NCBI GenBank assembly: GCA_951406725.2
Contig: OX597816.1
Coordinates: 82,274,001-82,338,000, forward strand
Origin: Octopus vulgaris
Lineage: Eukaryota
DNA: 64,000 nucleotides
Direction: 5' to 3'
Shown here: piece after piece, positions 39,447-62,047 of the stretch
Layout: the number at the start of each line of letters is the position of its first letter
Position numbering within the stretch: position 1 is the first letter of the stretch
Translations under genes and position numbers: made by a program
Notes under the pieces: model-generated
Database searches by the model: none
The model's input: the letters and a program-made list of their open reading frames with translations, nothing else
Told to the model about the DNA's origin: nothing

Positions 39447-42288
39447 GCCATGGTGGAGTTGCAATGTACATCCGAGATCACGCCCCAGGTCCTGCTGTCA
39501 TATTCAAACTCAGTATGTGAAACTCAAATTGTACACATAAGACAACTGAATATCGTCATATGCACTACATATCGCCCACCAGACGCCCCAAAACACTCAG
39601 GCATGTTTGAAGACTGCCTAACAAAAATAGGAGAAGTCCTCACCAACCTTGAACAGCACAACAGTGTATTCTTCATGGGTGACTTTAACCTCCCCAATGT
39701 GGAATGGCCTGGGGGCAGATGCTCCCAGGGATGACACACCATCAGCAGGCACAGGTGGAGTCCCTGCTCCATCTCACAAATACCTCTTTCATGGAGCAAA
39801 TAGTTCTGCAACCAACAAGGGCAGATAATATACTGGATCTCTGCTTTACAAACAATATGGATATTATCCATAATGTTAATGTGATGCCGACAATGATCTC
39901 GGATCACAACATAATAGAGCTGTCTACGTATGGAACAAAAGCCCCCGCAGACACACAGCCTATACGAAGCACCCACCATCTCTCAACTTAAACTTTCATA
40001 AAGCCAACTGGAAGTCGATTGAAAGAGATCCTCAAACAGGATTGGCCTGAATGTCTCTCCACACCGGACATAAACATGAAACACAAACACTTCATGTCCA
40101 TAATACAAGCCATATGTGACAAATATGTCCCAATGTGCAGGGCCAGCACACACAAGAATAAAACAGGATCCCTAGAGAAAGGAGGATTCTTATGAGACGA
40201 CGGACAAGGATTGCAAACCGCCTGAGCAAGCACACCAAAAGTGGTGAGAAGTCTCGGCTCGAAAGAATGCTAATGGAAACTGAGAAAAGTCTACATCAGT
40301 CCCATGAAAAGGAGAGAGCAGATAAAGAAGCTTGGGTAATAGAAAATATAAAATCAAACCCTAAAGCTTTCTTTAAGTTTGCCAAAGAGACAGCCACAGT
40401 GCACCAGAGAATAGGACCTCTCTTCCAAAAAGATGGCTCTCTCACAGGAAATCCCACGAGGATAAGTGAAATACTGAACGAACAGTTCCAAAGTGTATTC
40501 ACTACACCTCTAGGACACAGGCAAGTAAACAACCCAGAAGAATTCTTTGCCACTTTACCAGCGGCCAAAGAGACAAAAATTGAGTACATCAACATCGAAG
40601 AAGATGATATCACACTAGCCATTGATGAGATTGACACAAACTCAGCTGCTGGACCTGATGGATTCCCAGCGATCCTTCTCAAATCGTGCAAACGAGCCCT
40701 TGCAAAACCGCTACAGCTTCTTTTTCAGAGCTTTCTTGCAAGTGGTAAGCTCCCAGTCAAACTGAAAGAGGGGTAATATGCCCTATCCATAAGGGAGGTA
40801 GCAGAGCAGATGCTAAAAATTATAGGCCTATCTCTCTGACCTCACACATCAGCAAAGTCATGGAACGAATAGTCCGTAAGAAACTAATCATGTTCCTTGA
40901 AGAAAATGACTTACTGTCTGACACCCAGCATGGATTTCGACCAGGTAGAGGCTGCCTAACACAGCTCCTGCAACACTATGACTGGGTGTTGAAACAGCTA
41001 CTAAATGGCTCAAATGTGGATGTAATATATCTTGACTTTGCAAAAGCCTTTGATAAAGTCGACCATGGTATGATCTGTCACAAACTGCGTGGTCTCGGCA
41101 TAGGCGGGAAACTTGGAGAGTGGCTGCACAACTTCCTAAAAGACAGAAAACAGGCAGTTGTGAGCAATGGAGCCACCTCCAGGGAAACGCAAATAACAAG
41201 CGGTGTCCCACAGGGCACTGTCTTGGGGCCACTGATGTTCATAGTGGCCCTTTCAGACATGCCTTCAGTTGCTACGATGACCACCCTTGCTAGCTATGCA
41301 GATGACACAAAGGTCTCCCACGCAATACAGAACCCTGAAAATATTGCGCATCTGCAACATGAGCTGGACACAATATACAGGTGGGCTGAGGACAACAACA
41401 TGCAGTTTAATGCAGGTAAGTTCCAGGCCCTGCGCTACTGGCACACAAAGGTAAATGACGTGAAGACTGGATACACTGGCCCAGGAAGAATTGCAATCCC
41501 TGAGTCAAAATCAGTGCGTGACCTGGGCATTGACATGAGCAATGATGCATCTTTCCAAATGCATATTGCTAATCTGGTGATAAAATGCAGACGGCTAGCT
41601 GGATGGATTCTCCGAACTTTCAGAACAAGAGAGAAGGAGACACTGATGGTCCTATGGAAAACATTTGTCCTCAGCCGCTTGGACTACTGCTCCCAACTTT
41701 GGTCACCACACAATATAAAACAAACAGCAGAACTCGAAGCAACTCAGAGAAGCTACACAAAGAAAATCGTCTCAATGCAAAATGTCAGCTACTGGGAAAG
41801 ACTGAAGGTATTAAACCTCTTCTCCCTGGAGCGGAGGCGGGAGAGATATGCAGTAATATACATCTGGAAAATCCTGGAGGGTCTTGTCCCAAACTTTGGC
41901 ATTCAAAGTTACTCCAACCGCAGAACGGGCGCCGCTGCGTGGTGCCAAGGATTCCAACATCACCATCAAAATACAGGTCCAGATACTGCAACAGCTTGGG
42001 TTTCAGAGGACCACAGCTTTTCAACATCCTCCCTAAATGCCTGAGAGACTTACATGGTGTGGATGTGGGTTTCTTTAAAACTAAACTGGATCTCTTCTTG
42101 TTGGGAGTCCCAGATGAACCTACCTCACGACAGGAGACACGGATGCGGGCAGCAGCATCGAACTCCCTTGTTGATCAAGTGCCACGTATCAGAGGTGGAT
42201 TCACAAACTAGTGTGGCTCATTCAGCGGTGGTGCCCCAGCATGGCCGCGGCCTTCGGGCTAAAACATTTTTAAGGATTTAAGGATTTA
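39447..42288 (+). mobile_element. Young 5'-truncated CR1-group non-LTR retrotransposon (APE endonuclease + reverse transcriptase), copy 1
   Basis: Endonuclease motifs GGVAMY, YRPP, MGDFN, ILDL, SDH. RT motifs YRPISL, QHGFR, LDFAKAFDKV, GVPQGTVLGP, YADD, RDLGI, SLERRR. Short 3' UTR ending in an octamer repeat (TTAAGGAT)2. Frame is broken by a few small indels. Confidence 0.93.
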
Positions 42289-51322
<9,034 letters not shown>

Positions 51323-51422
51323 NNNNNNNNNNNNNNNNNNNNNNNNNNNNNNNNNNNNNNNNNNNNNNNNNNNNNNNNNNNNNNNNNNNNNNNNNNNNNN
51401 NNNNNNNNNNNNNNNNNNNNNN
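51323..51422. other. Assembly gap (100 N)
   Basis: Run of exactly 100 N, typical of a scaffolding spacer. Confidence 0.99.
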
Positions 51423-53680
51423 TGGTAGTTTGAGTTAATAATCCACATCACAAAATTCCAACCCAACACCATCTCCTGATCCAGAGGTGCCTTTAACAGA
51501 ATTTGTTCTATTGTGAATTTTTGGAGCAGGCTTTCAGTAACCACAACTTTCCTATATTCCCAAAACTAATCCTTCCTCTTCTCTAATATTTATGGACTCC
51601 AATCTAGAACTATACAGCACAACTTACCCTCATGCAGATCACAAATCTGCCAACTTTTACCTACAATCCTCACAAACTCTCTATAAGTTTCACATGCTCT
51701 GAGTGAAAAACATACATCAAATCCCTATGACCTTTTTATTGTTTCCAAATTCAACATCACTGTCTATGCACCTAATAGGCCTTCTAATCACTGCCTTAAC
51801 AGACAACACATACCAAAAGGATCTTGGCCAACTTTCTAGAATCTTCTTTTTCTTCATTTAACAATCAGTATAGTTTTAAAAGTAACATGCCTGTAGAAAA
51901 GGCTATAAATTTGCAGCCTACTTTGCAATAAACTTCTTATAGTATGAAAGTTTTGGGCATAGCTGTTTTGGTGCCACTGATTTGATGCTGCCTTATTGGA
52001 CAGCAGGCATTTTTATGCTTTTCTCATTCTCTACCCACCTCACCATCTTTGTGTGTGAGCATATTTCTCTGTGTATATGAAGAGAGGAAAAGTGTTTATA
52101 TCAATTGTGTTCAATTGATAAATTGTAATCTCTGTCTGCCTGTCTGTCTGTCTATCTGCATGTGTGAATACATGTGCATACCTCCAGTACCAAAAAGTAC
52201 TATCATCAAAACAGGTTAAAAGTCCAGTCAGCAGTGTCAAATCATCAGCATCCAAAATTTTCCAAAATCATCCCATTACATCCTTCGGATTCACTACTAC
52301 TCACACATAGAGGCCAAGTATGAAAGCACCTCTGGTCAGTTCAAAACAATAAGGATACCAAATTTAACAATAGTCTTTCCTTTACATTTTATGTACCCAA
52401 AACTAGCCTCTGTGCCCCCCAAAATCTTCACTCTCTCAATCTCTAAAAAATATATCCATCTTTGGAGATATGCAGTTGCATGTCCTTTTCCCAAAACAAC
52501 TTGTGACTGCCAACAATTTTTTTTTATTGTGTAGATTTACAACATCTCAAAAATGATATAGGCAGCTATTAACATTCTCCTCAAACACTTTGAACATATC
52601 CCTCCCTAATAACTGGTAAAGCCACATCTACTGGAAACCAGTAGGCAATTTACCCTTGTTATATTTAGTGAAAACACTGTTGTTGTCCTTGAGATAGAAA
52701 AATTTCAACATTTGAATATCATGATGAAACTGACCATCTATGGGCTCCATCCCTTTCTTATCTTTTGGTTTGTTGGCTTCTTGCCAGCTTGCACTATTGC
52801 AGTATCTAGTGATAGAACTCTCTATGGGCCATAATATCAATTTAGGTGAATCCCAAGGTTCACTTTCTCCAATACATCATCAACTGACTTGCAATCATTA
52901 ACATCCACTCCTACACAGATGATACCTCTTTAACGTTCATAGCAAAGTGTCATCCACATGCAACCAAGACACCTCACATCAAATCTCCATTGATTCCATA
53001 ACCAGAGACCTTAAAAACACTCTCTTTCAATGTGGACATGCCAATCTTGTCTCCTTCAAATACAAAAAGCAAGTGCAATCACTATACATGTCAAGAAAGT
53101 ATTACTGTGCCTCCAGGCCATCAAACAAGAATTGAATGCAAACTGAATCCTCAATTTCACTTTGAATGCCATACACCTCACCATCACTGATAATCTCTCC
53201 TCATGAACATGCATCCTCAGTATAGCAAAGACAGAATCAGAAAAACTAACCCACTTCTTCAAAGCCCAAACATACTTCAACTCCAACAACTATTAGCTCT
53301 CTACAAAGTTCGGGGAGGGTTACAATAGAGTACTGCTCATGCATTTGGGATTGTGGCACGGCTCCAAATACAGGCATCATAGATTACATCAAAAGAAAAG
53401 TATGAAATTGCTCATCAACTCTAATATCTAGTTCATAAATGTTTCCTCTCCCTCTCTGCGTTTTCTCTCTATTCCCTAGGGTTGACTAGTCTTGTGCTAC
53501 TCCCACTCAAGCACTCCTAACTAATGTTTCTCCTCCTCTCATACCCCATAATAAGTCCCAACTTCAGTCATGTACTAATAATTACACCAAGTCCTTCCTA
53601 CCCAGAACATTGAACCTCTGGAGTTTCCTCTATGCAGTTACTGACTTGTAATTATTCAAGCAGAATGTTAATGACATTGA
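51423..53680 (+). mobile_element. Old, heavily decayed CR1/Jockey-group LINE
   Basis: Remnant motifs GESQGS, IHSYTDDT, GHANLVSF, LYK...EYCS..W in order; many stops and frameshifts. Confidence 0.6.
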
Positions 53681-56000
53681 TCTCACTGATCTTGAAGAAA
53701 CTTCACTGCCTTCTCCAGATGAAAAAAACAAAAAACAAGCTCTTTGTTGGATGTATCAAGTTTCATTTATACTTTATACATAAAAAAAATTGCTGTCATC
53801 AATCATTCGGAGAAAGAGGAGTTCTGTGAAGTTGAATTTTCAATTATATAGAATTGTCAAAGATGCCTGAATAATTAAATAGGTTATAGGACACATCCCG
53901 TTTAAAGATAGTCATGAAATATGTAGGTGTTTGCATCATGTGCTCTGTGCGAAAGGACAGATGTCACAAATTGATAGTAAAGCAACAAATGGAATGTGGA
54001 GATTATTCATATATTAGTAAAACTTAATAGTGAAATACAGGTTAAGGGTAGTTGCATACCCAGTAAAAATAAAAATTCCACCATTATTTGATAGGTTAGT
54101 ATGAGGAAGTAAAATCTCTACTATAATGATTTATATAATTACACAAATTGGCAGAATTCACCAACCATGTATAGATGTAAAACATCATTAAGAGTTTTAC
54201 ATTAATAAGCATCAGTCACACGAGCACGCTAACCAGCAAGGATGTCCTTGTTAGAATAAATGCAAAAAATAAGACTATTTAATTGGTGAGTGCATGTAGC
54301 ATATCTAAAACTGGAGACAATTATAATGAACATTCACAATTCAGATCTAGAAGAATAAAACAGATTTTAAAAATAAAAGTTAGGAACATTACTCAAACAC
54401 AATTTCATAAAAGTATTTTTGCTCTTGGTATTGTGTGAGTGTAAGAAGTATGCAGTCTGAGAATGCACAAGTCACTAACAGATCATATCTAATAAACGGA
54501 TGTGTGTGAGAGACACTGTGTACCTGTGTGTTTATATATGCATATGTATAGGAATGTGTGCTTATATATGTATGAATGCATGTCTTAAAACTGAGGTGGA
54601 GGTGAGTTAGGATTTTCCTATAACCTAAAACTTTTGATACAGATTTCCTTTCCTTTAAGATTGTTTCCAATTTTAGATCAGGACCTTCCCACATCCAAAC
54701 TTGGTCATAGTTAAGTAGAAAAAGTCAGCAATAGGAAGCAATGCTAATGGAATTTTAAAAGAAAGCAGATAGTATGAACAGAGTGAATTACAAAGTTACA
54801 TTGATTACTTAGACATACATATGTAAACTGGCTGGTGCAGTAAAAAAAGTAACATGCTATATTCTACTCAAGCAGATAATAGGCTGCTGTTTATCATAAA
54901 AATTACTGGAGCAGCTATCCTATAAACCTCTCCAGGTTGGGATTCCAGGTTAATTTTTCAATTTCACTACCTACTACCCTACACAACACTAAAGTAAGTC
55001 TGCAATGGAAAAGCAACTGAATTAATTATATTTAGTTTCTAGTATCAAATTTTAAATCTATTCAAAAAGGAAAAGATAGAAAATATAGACTTTTGATTAT
55101 TTCTCTGCATTAACTTAATGACAGGAAGTTTAATCCGTAGTAGAATTTGTGGTGTTTTATACATAATTTATATTCACACTGGTTTCTAGCCCTTAACCTG
55201 TATATGCACACATGGTGATTTAGAAGTCCCTTTAGTATTTAAATGATACATATGAAATTATTTTATCATATAACAGTATCGTTTTTATATATTTTCAATA
55301 CTATCTTTGCTATTTTGCTGTGAATATCATTTTCTAAAACAATATATATAGGGTATATTTTCGAAAGTGCTATAATCAAAATATGAGAAAATATTCTCCT
55401 AAAAAATACATATCATAAGTGTCACTCAGAAGTGATGATAACCAAGTAGAATGTAACATGTTTTTGCAAATTGTTTTACAATCCAATGAAGTTACAAGCA
55501 GACATAGCCATGTCCTTCTAATCTTGACCCGGCAGAATGTCCAGGATGTGACAGTTGGTGGGAGAGAGAGTTACACCAACAGTTGGTTGGTACTCATTTC
55601 AACTGAGTACACTGGAACAGCATGAAACAATATGCTTTACTTAAGAGCACAATGTGTCACACACCATAAGAATCAAAAGCCACATCCTTTTGATTATGTG
55701 CCTAAGACATATAATCATCACTGTTTTAATGTCCACTTTTCTGTGCTTGCCTGGATCAGAGGAGTATGTTTGAACAGTGTTTCTATGACTAGATGCCTTT
55801 CCTGATACCACTCCTCACCTGTTTCCAAACAAAGAAACAAAAAACAACACGAGTTGAAAGAACAAAACCTAGTGGACTGCAAGCAAAGGACACTGTCTGT
55901 ACGACCAACTAGCAAACACACATGGAAGTAAAGGATAATATGAATTCATACCCACAAACAAACCCTCTTCCTCTCTCTCTTGCATCCATACACAATGGGT

Positions 56001-56182
56001 ATTCTTTTATTGGTTTCAGTCATTTGACTGTGGCCATGCAGGAGCACCACCTTTAGTCAAACAAATCAACCCCAAGACTTATTCTTTGTAAGCCTAGTAC
56101 TTATTCTATCAGTTATTTTGCTGAACCGCTAAGTTATGGGGGACATAAACACACCAACATTGGTTGTCAAGCAATGGTGGGG

Positions 56183-56222
<40 letters not shown>

Positions 56223-56384
56223 CAGGCTTCTTTCAATTTCTGTCTACCAAATCCACTCACAAGGCTTTGGTTGGCCCGAGGCTATAGTAGAAGACACTTG
56301 CCCAAGGTGTCACGCAGTGGGACTGAACCTGGAACCATGTGGTTGGTAAGCAAGCTACTTATCACACAGCCACTCCTGTGCCTA
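56001..56384 (-). mobile_element. tRNA-derived SINE (OK-like), near full length, with internal (CA)n
   Basis: Colinear with 5801-6168; A/B boxes and the same 3' tail. Confidence 0.87.
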
Positions 56385-57417
56385 TCTTCACTTTTATTAA
56401 TCAGTTTCACTCACAAGACATTGGCTGATCAATGTCTACAATAAAGTAGATCATCTGACAGCTTCTAGACAGTGGAATCAAACAGCTAACAACATGGTTC
56501 CAAAGTGAATACACACACACACACAAAAGACCCTAAAAGTACATTCTAAACTATCATTGCCAGAAGTAAAAGAAACATAAAATAGATTTTTTTTAAAAAT
56601 ACACCACCACCCCTACACACACACACAAGATTTAACAAAATAATTAACAATCAAAATTCCAACAGATACGTAAAAATTCACGCGAGTTTAAAATGCCAAA
56701 TTAGAAACTGAATGAATTTTATTGCAAAGGTCATACATTGGAATTTATCACTTTCAATAATTTCTAACAAATTTTAACACTTCTGAATATTTCTTAAATG
56801 TACAAAATTTGCAAAGTAAAAAATGAAAGTGTCTAACTGTGTTACAGCTGGGCTTTGGGAATTGAAAATACTTCAAGTGTAGGAATATTTTTAATTATTG
56901 ATTATATTAAAGAATTGATTTGATTTACTATAAAATACATAAAAGCTAATTTGATTGGTTATCTTAATTTACATTTTTATTATCTATTCCTACCTATCTA
57001 TTACATCACTCAGAAAAGTAACTCAAATAGTAAAAAGAAAAATGTTTTTATTTTAAACCTTAACTAATTATGGTAGCAGCAGAGGCAGCAGTGATAGTGT
57101 TGATAACAGTGAATGAGGTTGGGGAGTAAAAGCTAGAGAAAATGAAAATAGCCGATAATGATAGTGAACTTTATATTAGAGGGTAGGAGTCAAGAAAAAA
57201 AAAAGCAGCTACCTCAGAGCTGTGATGGTGGGGAGAAAAGATGATTCTAAGAAGTGAAAGGCTGAGTAAGAATGTGAGTTAAGGTAAACATGTAAGAGGA
57301 AGAGCAGAAAGTTGAGAGGGTAAAAGTGATATGGAAAAGGAAAAAGAACAATATGAAACAGTAAATTTATGACAGCACTGCATTTGTAGTTATTTCCTCC
57401 TTTCATCCTCTAATATA

Positions 57418-58862
57418 TTTGTTTAAAGTAACTTCGAAGACGTTGTATCCTTATGGATAAACAAATACACTGCAACAGTGTAATAATATAATCGAAACAA
57501 ACATTGGTAACCACACGGAATGTAACAACAATCTTTTAAGAACCAACAATCCAACACACTAACTCGAACTGTAAACTATCAACACACGAACTGTGGAACC
57601 AGCATGATGATTTTATTGAAACCACAAGAGTTAAACAAAGAGGGGACAATACAATGGACAAATGGGGTCAGGGACTTATCAAATGATATTACATATATGA
57701 ATAAATACATTATAATTTTGGATGAAGAAACAAAATATGAATGGACTTGGAATGGGCTTGACCCCACCAACCATATTCCTGCGTTGAACCGTTTACTTTA
57801 TCCTTTTCTTACTCCACTTAATTAGACGCTTACATACCCAACATTCGGGCTACTTTCTTCCATCTTCTTTCATACCTTTTTGCCGTCAGGCATTCCTTCT
57901 CCAGATATGCTTTCCCTCTTAGGTGATATAAAAAGAGGTTAACCAAAGCATGCCCAGAGATGAAGATGCCTGATGCGATACCTCTTCCATGCATCTTCCA
58001 AATCACCTCTTTCGCTATAGCTACTATGAGTAGAAAACAGAATTTTTCTTCTTTTAGAGGAGATGGTGGAATGATCTCAATAATCAATTTGGCTGACAGC
58101 TGTACTATCCCCAGCTGTGACAGTACCTGTTTGGTAGAAACCTACACAACTGAGAGACTCGGACACTGTACGATTGCATGCAGAACAGTTTTGTTGCTCT
58201 GCCTGCAACATGAGCACGTAGGCAAAACTGTGAAGCACAGTGTTGCGAGTTTAACCCGAACTGGCAAGGCACTTCGGAAGCACAGCCAAGCCAGGGACCG
58301 AAAGTCCTTTGATGCAGGTTGGCAAGCTGACTTTCATCGAAACCTAGAATTTCCCTCCAGGCTGTCATCACACTTAACCTCTACCAGCCCTCTATAGTAT
58401 GTCAAGGTGGTACCCTCTCCACCAGCATTGCTCATGCGGGAGAAAAGCATGACCACATGTCAACACTCTGCTTGCCAAGCTCCCAGCCTTAGTCTACACC
58501 TGATCCAGCTTTCCAAAAGAGATGAACCTGGGAATTATCAACGAACAGAGATCACATTATCATGCATGGTCCTGCCGGGAATGGCGCAGGTTTGCGCCTC
58601 ACTGATGATACCATCCACGACTTTCGTCAACCTTTTTTGCTAAAAACCTTGGCCAGTATCTTCAGCTCTGTGTTAAGCAGAGTGATGGGCCTAAAATTGT
58701 CAATTACATCTTTCCTTGTTCAGGTCCTTCCTGATTAATACCACTATTCCCTGGCACACAGACACAGGAATACTCCTGTTCTGCTGCTAATCATTAAAGA
58801 TACAGGCCAGCAGGTGCCCAAACAAGTCTGGCATAGTATAATTCATAGGAGAGACCATCGCT
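57418..58862 (-). mobile_element. Internally deleted Tx1/L1-clade LINE remnant
   Basis: Minus strand DGLSYELY...NFRPITLLNTELKILAKVLAKRL...QTCAIPGR, then a jump to the C-terminal region (C-x2-C...ET..H...C-like remnant, RWKKVARML) and a 3' UTR. Confidence 0.78.
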
Positions 58863-60534
58863 AACTACCTCACTTACTCAGATCACTACTATTTATATGT
58901 AGTGGTCCAGTCCATTCTCACCAGAGGGCATTGTACTCTCGCACAACAGAAGTATATCATGGTGTATAGTTAGTAGAAAGTATGCTGTTTTACTATATAT
59001 TTATGCATATCAGTATGTGTTTATGTGCACAGGTTGTTGAGTATATGTATAAATATATATTTCGTAGTTCTCTATAAACTTCCAGCCCTCTTGCAATTTT
59101 CAAAAGGACTGTAAAATTTTCATCTGTACTACTGCTAATTTATTAATTTTTTGCAACTATATTTCTGTTGAAATACACTGCTTTTGGAAAATAAAGAATT
59201 TAGTAAAATAACTTTGTCCTTATTAACCTGGTATTTGAAACATAAATTAACATGAAATTTTCATGGAAGTTTTTAGCTTAGATCACTTTAAGTCAGAAAG
59301 TTGGTAACAAAGAACTAAAGGTAAGTTGGGCAGGAGTGAGGGGGGTGAGATAAAAAGGATTAACCACCAGAAATGACAGAGCAACAGAAATAAGAGAGAA
59401 CCAGATCGGATATCAAACAGTATTAAGTCCTTTTATATTTGGAGTTCTAATTTCAGCTGGGTAGTTTGGCTTCTTATGCCTCTATGTTTGATAACATAAC
59501 AACCCGTCACCAGTTAATTTAATCAACAGCAACCTCTCCATCAAAATTTGTGATCACTATTAGAGAGTAGAGAAAATTATAGTGTAACAATAGCCCCAAA
59601 AAGATATTAGCTTCAACCTGATGGGTTATGAATTCCTATCTACTGCAGGTGTTTCATTGTGTCAGTTCACCTTTCACCAGCCTGTTGGGAACATGACTGT
59701 ACAAGACTGCTAATGAGAATCAGGATGAATGAGGGGAATAAGCAGCCAGGACACAATCATTATGCTAAGATGACAGTCATTTTAACATAATGATTTCATT
59801 AGTTTATTATTATGCATTTGATTTCCATTAGTCATCTATCTGGTGGAATAAACAATATTAAAAGTATTAAGAGTACATGTATTTCCCCCAAAAGAGATTA
59901 TTCAGCAACAATTACTTTATTGTTAAGACATTTCAATTAAAGCAATAAATGGGCATCATATCCAAAGAGACTCTAAAATAATATGAGTGACTATAGCATC
60001 TGGAGATTATTTTCAATCAATCCTAAATTTAATTTGAATTTGATTATTTATTTTATTTTTAAGAACTCACAATTGTCGTTAGCTGCTGTCCCTAGTTTCA
60101 TTGCAACATATAATTCTTACATGGATCTATACAACTGAAATCAAAACCTCAGCTCAGTATGGTCTTTACATACTGATCAACTCATAGGCAGCTTCAACAA
60201 AGCATGTAAAATATACAAGCTATTCTACCCCTCCATCACTCTTGACAATCTAGATCCAGCTGTCATTAGTCTACTGTAAGTTCTCTTGGTAACAACACAC
60301 ACCTTTCTTTAACTAGATCATGGAGATGACCTCATTCCCAGCCACCTCAGGCTATTATTGTAGGCTCCTAGCCACTACCTACATACATGAGATGATCTTT
60401 ATATTCAGTCACCTTAGAGTGCTAAGATTCTTCTTCACTATCAGACAACCTTTATTCCAAGTAGCTAACTAATATTAAAGGTGTTTACTCTGACATGGCA
60501 CTACTTATGAGCTTCCACCATCTATAATAACAAA

Positions 60535-60752
60535 GGTTTCAAATTTTGGTTCAGAGCCAATAATTTTTAGGAGAGGGGTAAGTTGATTACAGTGACCCTA
60601 GTGCTCAGCTGGTATTTATTTTATCAACCATATAAAGATGAAAGGCACAGTCAACTTCAGTGGAATTTGAACTCAAAATGTAAAGACAGATGAAATGTTG
60701 CTAAGCATTTTACCCAGTGTCCAAATAATTTTGTCAGCTCACCACTCATCTT
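60535..60752 (-). mobile_element. tRNA-derived SINE, same family as 62048-62735
   Basis: gatgaaaggcacagtcaacttcagtggaatttgaactc (B box GAGTTCAAATTCC on the minus strand). Confidence 0.7.
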
Positions 60753-60779
60753 TAATAATAACAATAATTTTGGCACAAG

Positions 60780-61289
60780 GTTGGGTAATATAGGATGGGC
60801 AAAGTTCAGAGAGCTACTACTTCTGTTAGTAATGAAGGGTCTCTCCCTCAGAGTGAAAGGCAGATTGTATGATGCCTATGTATGAACAGCTATGCTATGT
60901 GGCAGTGAGACATGGGCTGTGACTACTGAGGATATGCAAAGACTTCAAAGAAATGAAGCCAGTATGCTTTTGCTGGATGGGTAATGTCAGTGTGCATATA
61001 CAACAGAGTGTGAGTGATTTGAGAGAAAAACTGAGTATACATAGCATCAGATGTAGTGTGCAAAAGAAGTCTGCACTGGTATGGCCATGTAATACATATA
61101 AATGAGGACAGTCGAATCAAGAGGTGCTGATCCCTAATTGTAGAGAAAACATGTGGAGAATGTGAGATGAAGTGGTGAGAAAGGATCTGCAGAAGACTCC
61201 TGGCAGTTTGCTGTGCTTGAAAAAACATGTCAAGCTAAGTAATCTTGTAGATGCTGATGTCACATAAAAAGCACCCATACCAGTTCCAC
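60780..61289 (+). mobile_element. Decayed RTE LINE 3' portion
   Basis: MLCGSETWA and LHWYGHV remnants; homologous to 22625-22760. Confidence 0.65.
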
Positions 61290-61715
61290 ATAATGCTTTC
61301 ATATAGTTACTTTTTTATTGTTTATGATAGTTTTTTTCTTTAAACGGAGTGGGACGTTTAAAGTTCGAAACGCACATGAGTTGACATAGTGAATATTTTG
61401 GAAATAGAGGTTACTATCTCCAAAGCATATTTTCTCATGCACAGCATGAAATCAATTGATATGGGGGTATGTAAACTATCTTCAAGTTCCATTCTGAAGG
61501 TAGTAGGCCTATATTTTAAAGTGTTCACTGCATTGCTCATGTGTGAATTTATTGTAGGATTGCTGGTTTTTGAAGCTTTCGCTTTCATCTTTGGCAAGCG
61601 GTATTTTTACCCTCTTTTATTCAAATATTTAATATTATACCTATTAAGGTAGAAGTCTTGCTAACCGCCTCATTGTTGCTGTTTTTAACAGCAATAATGC
61701 TTTCATATAGTTACT

Positions 61716-61721
<6 letters not shown>
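61290..61721. other. 376-bp insertion flanked by a perfect 28-bp direct repeat
   Basis: ataatgctttcatatagttactttttta at 61290-61317 and 61694-61721. Confidence 0.85.

Positions 61722-61769
<48 letters not shown>
61722..61769. repeat. (TA)n microsatellite 50 nt from the exon donor
   Basis: Directly visible. Confidence 0.95.
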
Positions 61770-61775
<6 letters not shown>

Positions 61776-61817
61776 AGAGGAATAGTGATAGAGAATTCAA
61801 ATAATTTAACAAACTCA

Positions 61818-62030
<213 letters not shown>

Positions 62031-62047
62031 CTACCTCCATAATAATT

